A stretch of 64,000 nt of DNA, from positions 121,396,001 to 121,460,000 of the forward strand of contig OZ024744.1 of the NCBI GenBank assembly GCA_964016885.1. The letters are read 5' to 3'. Each line of letters starts with the position of its first letter. The first letter of the stretch is position 1. The translations under genes were made by a program, and so were the position numbers. Shown here one piece after another: positions 53,290 to 63,940 of this stretch. Below the pieces are notes generated by a model. The model did not search any database. It was given only the letters and a program-made list of their open reading frames with translations, and was not told the origin of the DNA. This DNA is from Eledone cirrhosa (lineage: Eukaryota).

Positions 53290-56200
53290 GAGGAAGTATG
53301 AAAGTGACGGGGTGAGAGGAATAGAGGTAGTGATGGATGTTGTGAAGAGAGATAGTGAGATGGTTGGGTCATGTGTTGAGGAAGGTTGAATGTGAATGGG
53401 TGAAGTAATAGAGGTAGTGATGGATGTTGTGAAGAGAGATAGTGTGGGACGGTTGGGTCATGTGTTGAGGAAGTATGAAAGTGACTGGGTGAGAGGAATC
53501 AGAGGTAGTGATGGATGTTGTGAAGAGAGATAGTGTGAGATGGTTGGGTCATGTGTTGAGGAAGGATAAAAGAGACTGGGTGAGAAGAATAGAGGTAGTG
53601 ATGGATGTTGTGAAGAGAGATAGTGTTAGATGGTTGGGTCATGTGATGAGGAAGGTTAAAAGTGACTGGGTGAGTGGAATAGAGGTAGTGATGGATGTTG
53701 TGAAGAGAGATAGTGTGGGACGGTTGGGTCATGTGTTGAGGAAGTATGAAAGTGACTGGGTGAGAGGAATCAGAGGTAGTGATGGATGTTGTGAAGAGAG
53801 ATAGTGTGAGATGGTTGGGTCATGTGTTGAGGAAGGATAAAAGTGACTGGGTGAGAGGAATAGAGGTAGTGATGGATTTTGTGAAGAGAGATAGTGTGAG
53901 ATGGTTGGGTCATGTGTTGAGGAAGGATAAAAGTGACTGTGTGAGAGGAATAGAAGTAGTGATGGATGTTGTGAAGAGAGATAGTGTGAGATGGTTGGGT
54001 CATGTGTTGAGGAAGGATGAAAGCGACTGGGTGAGAGGAATAGAGGTAGTGATGGATGTTGTGAAGAGAGATAGTGTGAGATGGTTGGGTCATGTGTTGA
54101 GGAAGTATGAAAGTGACTGGGTGAGAGGAATAGAGGTAGTGATGGATGTTGTGAAGAGAGATAGTGTGAGATGGTTGGGTCATATGTTGAGGAAGGATAA
54201 AAGTGACTGGGTGAGAGGAATAGAGGTAGTGATGGATGTTGTGAGGAGAGATAGTGTGAGATGGTTGGTTCATGTGTTGAGGAAGTATGAAAGTGACTGG
54301 GTGAGAGGAATAGAGGTAGAGATGGATGTTGTGAAGAGAGATAGTGTGAGATGGTTGGGTCATGTATTGAGGAAGTATGAAAGTGACGGGGTGAGAGGAA
54401 TAGAGGTAGTGATGGATGTTGTGAAGAGAGAGATAGTGAGATGGTTGGGTCATGTGTTGAGGAAGGTTGAATGTGAATGGGTGAAGGAATAGAGGTAGTG
54501 ATGGATGTTGTGAAGAGAGATAGTGTGGGACGTTTGGGTCATGTGTTGAGGAAGTATGAAAGTGGCTGGGTGAGAGGAATCAGAGGTAGTGATGGATGTT
54601 GTGAAGAGAGATAGTGTGAGATGGTTGGGTCATGTGTTGAGGAAGGATAAAAGTGACTGGGTGAGAGGAATAGAGGTAGTGATGGATGTTGTGAAGAGAG
54701 ATAGTGTTAGACGGTTGGGTCATGTGATGAGGAAGGTTAAAAGTGACTGGGTGAGTGGAATAGATGTTGTGATGGATGTTGTGAAGAGAGATAGTGTGGG
54801 ACGGTTGGGTCATGTGTTGAGGAAGTATGAAAGTGACTGGGTGAGAGGAATCAGAGGTACTGATGGATGTTGTGAAGAGAGATAGTGTGAGATGGTTGGG
54901 TCATGTGTTGAGGAAGGATGAAAGTGACTGGGTGAGAGGAATAGAGGTAGTGATGGATGTTGTGAAGAGAGATAGTGTGAGATGGTTGGGTCATGTGTTG
55001 AGGAAGGATGAAAGTGACTGGGTGAGAGGAATAGAGGTAGTGATGGATGTTGTGAAGAGAGATAGTGTGAGATGGTTGGGTCATGTGTTGAGGAAGGATA
55101 AAAGTGACTGGGTGAGAGGAATAGAGGTAGTGATGGATGTTGTGAAGAGAGATAGTCTGAGATGGTTGGGTCATGTGTTGAGGAAGGATGAAAGTGACTG
55201 GGTGAGAGGAATAGAGGTAGTTATGGATGTTGTGAAGAGAGATAGTGTGAGATGGTTGGGTCATGTGTTGAGGAAGGATAAAAGTGACTGGGTGAGAGGA
55301 ATAGAGGAAGTGATGGATGTTGTGAAGAGAGATAGTGTGAGATGGTTGGGTCATGTGTTGAGGAATGATAAAAGTGACTGGGTGAGAGGAATAGAGGTAG
55401 TGATGGATGTTGTGAAGAGAGATAGTGTGAGATGGTTGGGTCATGTGTTGAGGAAGGATGAGAATGACTGGGTGAGAGGAATAGAGGTAGTGATGGATGT
55501 TGTGAAGAGAGATAGTGTGAGATGGTTGGGTCATGTGTTGAGGAAGGATGAAAATGACTAGGTGAGAGGAACAGAGGTAGTGATGGATGTTGTGAAGAGA
55601 GATAGTGTGAGATGGTTGGGTCATGTGTTGAGGAAGGATAAAATTGACTGGGTGAGTGGAATAGAGGTAGTGATGGATATTGTGAAGAGAGATAGTGTGG
55701 GACTGTTCGGTCATGTGTTGAGGAAGTATGAAAATGACTGGGTGAGAGGAATCAGAGGTAGTGATGGATGTTGTGAAGAGAAAAAGTGTGAGATGGTTGG
55801 GTCATGTGTTGAGGAAGGATAAAAGTGACTGGGTAAGAGGAATAGATGTAGTGATGGATGTTGTGAAGAGAGATAGTGTGAGATGGTTCGGTCATGTGTT
55901 GAGGCAGTATGAAAGTGACTGGGTAAGAGGAAAAGAAGTAGTGATGGATGTTGTGAAAAGAGATAGTGTGAGATGGTTGGGTCATGTATTGAGGAAGTAT
56001 GAAAGTGACGGGGTGAGAGGAATAGAGGTAGTGATGGATGTTGTGAAGAGAGATAGTGAGATGGTTGGGTCATGTGTTGAGGAAGGTTGAATGTGAATGG
56101 GTGAAGGAATAGAGGTAGTGATGGATGTTGTGAAGAGAGATAGTGTGGGACGGTTGGGTCATGTGTTGAGGAAGTATGAAAGTGACTGGGTGAGAGGAAT

Positions 56201-59200
56201 CAGAGGTAGTGATGGATGTTGTGAAGAGAGATAGTGTGAGATGGTTGGGTCATGTGTTGAGGAAGGATAAAAGAGACTGGGTGAGAGGAATAGAGGTAGT
56301 GATGGATGTTGTGAAGAGAGATAGTGTGGGACGGTTGGGTCATGTGTTGAGGAAGTATGAAAGTGACTGGGTGAGAGGAATCAGAGGTAGTGATGGATGT
56401 TGTGAAGAGAGATAGTGTGAGATGGTTGGGTCATGTGTTGAGGAAGGATAAAAGAGACTGGGTGAGAGGAATAGAGGTAGTGATGGATGTTGTGAAGAGA
56501 GATAGTGTTAGATGGTTGGGTCATGTGATGAGGAAGTATGAAAGTGACTGGGTGAGAGGAATCAGAGGTAGTGATGGATGTTGTGAAGAGAGATAGTGTG
56601 AGATGGTTGGGTCATGTGTTGAGGAAGGATAAAAGTAACTGGGTGAGTGGAATAGAGGTAGTGATGGATGTTGTGAAGAGAGATAGTGTGGGACGGTTGG
56701 GTCATGTGTTGAGGAAGTATGAAAGTGACTGGGTGAGAGGAATCAGAGGTAGTGATGGATGTTGTGAAGAGAGATAGTGTGAGATGGTTGGGTCATGTGT
56801 TGAGGAAGGATAAAAGTGACTGGGTGAGAGGAATAGAGGTAGTGATGGATTTTTTGAAGAGAGATAGTGTGAGATGGTTGGGTCATGTGTTGAGGAAGGA
56901 TAAAAGTGACTGTGTGAGAGGAATAGAAGTAGTGATGGATGTTGTGAAGAGAGATAGTGTGAGATGGTTGGGTCATGTGTTGAGGAAGGATGAAAGCGAC
57001 TGGGTGAGAGGAATAGAGGTAGTGATGGATGTTGTGAAGAGAGATAGTGTGAGATGGTTGGGTCATGTGTTGAGGAAGTATGAAAGTGACTGGGTGAGAG
57101 GAATAGAGGTAGTGATGGATGTTGTGAAGAGAGATAGTGTGAGATGGTTGGGTCATATGTTGAGGAAGGATAAAAGTGACTGGGTGAGAGGAATAGAGGT
57201 AGTGATGGATGTTGTGAGGAGAGATAGTGTGAGATGGTTGGTTCATGTGTTGAGGAAGTATGAAAGTGACTGGGTGAGAGGAATAGAGGTAGAGATGGAT
57301 GTTGTGAAGAGAGATAGTGTGAGATGGTTGGGTCATGTGTTGAGGAAGTATGAAAGTGACTGGGTGAGAGGAATAGAGGTAGTGATGGATGTTGTGAAGA
57401 GAGATAGTGTGAGATGGTTGGGTCATGTGTTGAGGAAGGATAAAATTGATTGGGTGAGAGGAATAGAGGTAGTGATGGATGTTGTGAAGAGAGATCGTGT
57501 GAGATGGTTGGGTCATGTGTTGAGGAAGTATAAAAGTGACTGGGTGAGAGGAATAGAGGTAGTGATGGATGTTGGGAAGAGAGATAGTGTGAGATGGTTG
57601 GGTCATGTGTTGAGGAAGGATGAAAGTGACTGGGTGAGAGGAATAGAGGTAGTTATGGATGTTGTGAAGAGAGATAGTGTGAGATGGTTGGGTCATGTGT
57701 TGAGGAAGTATGAAAGTGACTGGGTGAGAGGAATAGAGGTAGTGATGGATGTTGTGAAGAGAGATAGTGTGAGATGGTTGGGTCATGTGTTGAGGAAGGA
57801 TAAAATTGATTGGGTGAGAGGAATAGAGGTAGTTATGGATGTTGTGAAGAGAGATAGTGTGAGATGGTTGGGTCATGTGTTGAGGAAGGATAAAAGTGAC
57901 TGGGTGAGTGGAATAGAGGTAGTGATGGATGTTGTGAAGAGAGATAGTGTGGGACGGTTCGGTCATCTGTTGAGGAAGTATGAAAATGACTGGGTGAGAG
58001 GAATCAGAGGTAGTGATGGATGTTGTGAAGAGAAATAGTGTGAGATGGTTGGGTCATGTGTTGAGGAAGGATGAAAGTGACTGGGTGAGAGGAATAGAGG
58101 TAGTTATGGATGTTGTGAAGAGAGATAGTGTGAGATGGTTGGGTCATGTGTTGAGGAAGGATGAAAGTGACTGGGTGACAGGAATAGAGGTAGTTATGGA
58201 TGTTGTGAAGAGAGATAGTGTGAGATGGTTGGGTCATGTGTTGAGGAAGGATAAAAGTGACTGGGTGAGTGGAATAGAGGTAGTGATGGATGTTGTGAAG
58301 AGAGATAGTGTGGGACGGTTCGGTCATCTGTTGAGGAAGTATGAAAATGACTGGGTGAGAGGAATCAGAGGTAGTGATGGATGTTGTGAAGAGAAATAGT
58401 GTGAGATGGTTGGGTCATGTGTTGAGGAAGGATAAAAGTGACTGGGTGAGTGGAATAGAGGTAGTGATGGATATTGTGAAGAGAGATAGTGTGGGACTGT
58501 TCGGTCATGTGTTGAGGAAGTATGAAAATGACTGGGTGAGAGGAATCAGAGGTAGTGATGGATGTTGTGAAGAGAAAAAGTGTGAGATGGTTGGGTCATG
58601 TGTTGAGGAAGGATAAAAGTGACTGGGTAAGAGGAATAGATGTAGTGATGGATGTTGTGAAGAGAGATAGTGTGAGATGGTTCGGTCATGTGTTGAGGCA
58701 GTATGAAAGTGACTGGGTAAGAGGAAAAGAAGTAGTGATGGATGTTGTGAAAAGAGATAGTGTGAGATGGTTGGGTCATGTATTGAGGAAGTATGAAAGT
58801 GACGGGGTGAGAGGAATAGAGGTAGTGATGGATGTTGTGAAGAGAGATAGTGAGATGGTTGGGTCATGTGTTGAGGAAGGTTGAATGTGAATGGGTGAAG
58901 TAATAGAGGTAGTGATGGATGTTGTGAAGAGAGATAGTGTGGGACGGTTGGGTCATGTGTTGAGGAAGTATGAAAGTGACTGGGTGAGAGGAATCAGAGG
59001 TAGTGATGGATGTTGTGAAGAGAGATAGTGTGAGATGGTTGGGTCATGTGTTGAGGAAGGATAAAAGAGACTGGGTGAGAAGAATAGAGGTAGTGATGGA
59101 TGTTGTGAAGAGAGATAGTGTTAGATGGTTGGGTCATGTGATGAGGAAGGTTAAAAGTGACTGGGTGAGTGGAATAGAGGTAGTGATGGATGTTGTGAAG

Positions 59201-62200
59201 AGAGATAGTGTGGGACGGTTGGGTCATGTGTTGAGGAAGTATGAAAGTGACTGGGTGAGAGGAATCAGAGGTAGTGATGGATGTTGTGAAGAGAGATAGT
59301 GTGAGATGGTTGGGTCATGTGTTGAGGAAGGATAAAAGTGACTGGGTGAGAGGAATAGAGGTAGTGATGGATTTTGTGAAGAGAGATAGTGTGAGATGGT
59401 TGGGTCATGTGTTGAGGAAGGATAAAAGTGACTGTGTGAGAGGAATAGAAGTAGTGATGGATGTTGTGAAGAGAGATAGTGTGAGATGGTTGGGTCATGT
59501 GTTGAGGAAGGATGAAAGCGACTGGGTGAGAGGAATAGAGGTAGTGATGGATGTTGTGAAGAGAGATAGTGTGAGATGGTTGGGTCATGTGTTGAGGAAG
59601 TATGAAAGTGACTGGGTGAGAGGAATAGAGGTAGTGATGGATGTTGTGAAGAGAGATAGTGTGAGATGGTTGGGTCATATGTTGAGGAAGGATAAAAGTG
59701 ACTGGGTGAGAGGAATAGAGGTAGTGATGGATGTTGTGAGGAGAGATAGTGTGAGATGGTTGGTTCATGTGTTGAGGAAGTATGAAAGTGACTGGGTGAG
59801 AGGAATAGAGGTAGAGATGGATGTTGTGAAGAGAGATAGTGTGAGATGGTTGGGTCATGTATTGAGGAAGTATGAAAGTGACGGGGTGAGAGGAATAGAG
59901 GTAGTGATGGATGTTGTGAAGAGAGAGATAGTGAGATGGTTGGGTCATGTGTTGAGGAAGGTTGAATGTGAATGGGTGAAGGAATAGAGGTAGTGATGGA
60001 TGTTGTGAAGAGAGATAGTGTGGGACGTTTGGGTCATGTGTTGAGGAAGTATGAAAGTGGCTGGGTGAGAGGAATCAGAGGTAGTGATGGATGTTGTGAA
60101 GAGAGATAGTGTGAGATGGTTGGGTCATGTGTTGAGGAAGGATAAAAGTGACTGGGTGAGAGGAATAGAGGTAGTGATGGATGTTGTGAAGAGAGATAGT
60201 GTTAGACGGTTGGGTCATGTGATGAGGAAGGTTAAAAGTGACTGGGTGAGTGGAATAGATGTTGTGATGGATGTTGTGAAGAGAGATAGTGTGGGACGGT
60301 TGGGTCATGTGTTGAGGAAGTATGAAAGTGACTGGGTGAGAGGAATCAGAGGTACTGATGGATGTTGTGAAGAGAGATAGTGTGAGATGGTTGGGTCATG
60401 TGTTGAGGAAGGATGAAAGTGACTGGGTGAGAGGAATAGAGGTAGTGATGGATGTTGTGAAGAGAGATAGTGTGAGATGGTTGGGTCATGTGTTGAGGAA
60501 GGATGAAAGTGACTGGGTGAGAGGAATAGAGGTAGTGATGGATGTTGTGAAGAGAGATAGTGTGAGATGGTTGGGTCATGTGTTGAGGAAGGATAAAAGT
60601 GACTGGGTGAGAGGAATAGAGGTAGTGATGGATGTTGTGAAGAGAGATAGTCTGAGATGGTTGGGTCATGTGTTGAGGAAGGATGAAAGTGACTGGGTGA
60701 GAGGAATAGAGGTAGTTATGGATGTTGTGAAGAGAGATAGTGTGAGATGGTTGGGTCATGTGTTGAGGAAGGATAAAAGTGACTGGGTGAGAGGAATAGA
60801 GGAAGTGATGGATGTTGTGAAGAGAGATAGTGTGAGATGGTTGGGTCATGTGTTGAGGAATGATAAAAGTGACTGGGTGAGAGGAATAGAGGTAGTGATG
60901 GATGTTGTGAAGAGAGATAGTGTGAGATGGTTGGGTCATGTGTTGAGGAAGGATGAGAATGACTGGGTGAGAGGAATAGAGGTAGTGATGGATGTTGTGA
61001 AGAGAGATAGTGTGAGATGGTTGGGTCATGTGTTGAGGAAGGATGAAAATGACTAGGTGAGAGGAACAGAGGTAGTGATGGATGTTGTGAAGAGAGATAG
61101 TGTGAGATGGTTGGGTCATGTGTTGAGGAAGGATAAAATTGACTGGGTGAGTGGAATAGAGGTAGTGATGGATATTGTGAAGAGAGATAGTGTGGGACTG
61201 TTCGGTCATGTGTTGAGGAAGTATGAAAATGACTGGGTGAGAGGAATCAGAGGTAGTGATGGATGTTGTGAAGAGAAAAAGTGTGAGATGGTTGGGTCAT
61301 GTGTTGAGGAAGGATAAAAGTGACTGGGTAAGAGGAATAGATGTAGTGATGGATGTTGTGAAGAGAGATAGTGTGAGATGGTTCGGTCATGTGTTGAGGC
61401 AGTATGAAAGTGACTGGGTAAGAGGAAAAGAAGTAGTGATGGATGTTGTGAAAAGAGATAGTGTGAGATGGTTGGGTCATGTATTGAGGAAGTATGAAAG
61501 TGACGGGGTGAGAGGAATAGAGGTAGTGATGGATGTTGTGAAGAGAGATAGTGAGATGGTTGGGTCATGTGTTGAGGAAGGTTGAATGTGAATGGGTGAA
61601 GGAATAGAGGTAGTGATGGATGTTGTGAAGAGAGATAGTGTGGGACGGTTGGGTCATGTGTTGAGGAAGTATGAAAGTGACTGGGTGAGAGGAATCAGAG
61701 GTAGTGATGGATGTTGTGAAGAGAGATAGTGTGAGATGGTTGGGTCATGTGTTGAGGAAGGATAAAAGAGACTGGGTGAGAGGAATAGAGGTAGTGATGG
61801 ATGTTGTGAAGAGAGATAGTGTGGGACGGTTGGGTCATGTGTTGAGGAAGTATGAAAGTGACTGGGTGAGAGGAATCAGAGGTAGTGATGGATGTTGTGA
61901 AGAGAGATAGTGTGAGATGGTTGGGTCATGTGTTGAGGAAGGATAAAAGAGACTGGGTGAGAGGAATAGAGGTAGTGATGGATGTTGTGAAGAGAGATAG
62001 TGTTAGATGGTTGGGTCATGTGATGAGGAAGTATGAAAGTGACTGGGTGAGAGGAATCAGAGGTAGTGATGGATGTTGTGAAGAGAGATAGTGTGAGATG
62101 GTTGGGTCATGTGTTGAGGAAGGATAAAAGTAACTGGGTGAGTGGAATAGAGGTAGTGATGGATGTTGTGAAGAGAGATAGTGTGGGACGGTTGGGTCAT

Positions 62201-63940
62201 GTGTTGAGGAAGTATGAAAGTGACTGGGTGAGAGGAATCAGAGGTAGTGATGGATGTTGTGAAGAGAGATAGTGTGAGATGGTTGGGTCATGTGTTGAGG
62301 AAGGATAAAAGTGACTGGGTGAGAGGAATAGAGGTAGTGATGGATTTTTTGAAGAGAGATAGTGTGAGATGGTTGGGTCATGTGTTGAGGAAGGATAAAA
62401 GTGACTGTGTGAGAGGAATAGAAGTAGTGATGGATGTTGTGAAGAGAGATAGTGTGAGATGGTTGGGTCATGTGTTGAGGAAGGATGAAAGCGACTGGGT
62501 GAGAGGAATAGAGGTAGTGATGGATGTTGTGAAGAGAGATAGTGTGAGATGGTTGGGTCATGTGTTGAGGAAGTATGAAAGTGACTGGGTGAGAGGAATA
62601 GAGGTAGTGATGGATGTTGTGAAGAGAGATAGTGTGAGATGGTTGGGTCATATGTTGAGGAAGGATAAAAGTGACTGGGTGAGAGGAATAGAGGTAGTGA
62701 TGGATGTTGTGAGGAGAGATAGTGTGAGATGGTTGGTTCATGTGTTGAGGAAGTATGAAAGTGACTGGGTGAGAGGAATAGAGGTAGAGATGGATGTTGT
62801 GAAGAGAGATAGTGTGAGATGGTTGGGTCATGTGTTGAGGAAGTATGAAAGTGACTGGGTGAGAGGAATAGAGGTAGTGATGGATGTTGTGAAGAGAGAT
62901 AGTGTGAGATGGTTGGGTCATGTGTTGAGGAAGGATAAAATTGATTGGGTGAGAGGAATAGAGGTAGTGATGGATGTTGTGAAGAGAGATCGTGTGAGAT
63001 GGTTGGGTCATGTGTTGAGGAAGTATAAAAGTGACTGGGTGAGAGGAATAGAGGTAGTGATGGATGTTGGGAAGAGAGATAGTGTGAGATGGTTGGGTCA
63101 TGTGTTGAGGAAGGATGAAAGTGACTGGGTGAGAGGAATAGAGGTAGTTATGGATGTTGTGAAGAGAGATAGTGTGAGATGGTTGGGTCATGTGTTGAGG
63201 AAGTATGAAAGTGACTGGGTGAGAGGAATAGAGGTAGTGATGGATGTTGTGAAGAGAGATAGTGTGAGATGGTTGGGTCATGTGTTGAGGAAGGATAAAA
63301 TTGATTGGGTGAGAGGAATAGAGGTAGTTATGGATGTTGTGAAGAGAGTTAGTGTGAGATGGTTGGGTCATGTGTTGAGGAAGGATAAAAGTGACTGGGT
63401 GAGTGGAATAGAGGTAGTGATGGATGTTGTGAAGAGAGATAGTGTGGGACGGTTCGGTCATCTGTTGAGGAAGTATGAAAATGACTGGGTGAGAGGAATC
63501 AGAGGTAGTGATGGATGTTGTGAAGAGAAATAGTGTGAGATGGTTGGGTCATGTGTTGAGGAAGGATGAAAGTGACTGGGTGAGAGGAATAGAGGTAGTT
63601 ATGGATGTTGTGAAGAGAGATAGTGTGAGATGGTTGGGTCATGTGTTGAGGAAGGATGAAAGTGACTGGGTGACAGGAATAGAGGTAGTTATGGATGTTG
63701 TGAAGAGAGATAGTGTGAGATGGTTGGGTCATGTGTTGAGGAAGGATAAAAGTGACTGGGTGAGTGGAATAGAGGTAGTGATGGATGTTGTGAAGAGAGA
63801 TAGTGTGGGACGGTTCGGTCATCTGTTGAGGAAGTATGAAAATGACTGGGTGAGAGGAATCAGAGGTAGTGATGGATGTTGTGAAGAGAAATAGTGTGAG
63901 ATGGTTGGGTCATGTGTTGAGGAAGGATAAAAGTGACTGG
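53290..63940 (+). repeat. Recent higher-order tandem duplication, period 5495 bp (about 61 monomers); copies approx. 53290-58445 and 58785-63940
   Basis: ORF coordinates repeat at a constant +5495 offset (53508/59003, 53779/59274, 54589/60084, 56752/62247, 58013/63508). A private marker TGAAGTAATAG occurs at 53401 and 58896. One visible difference lies near 63349 (GAGTTAG versus GAGATAG). Confidence 0.93.
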
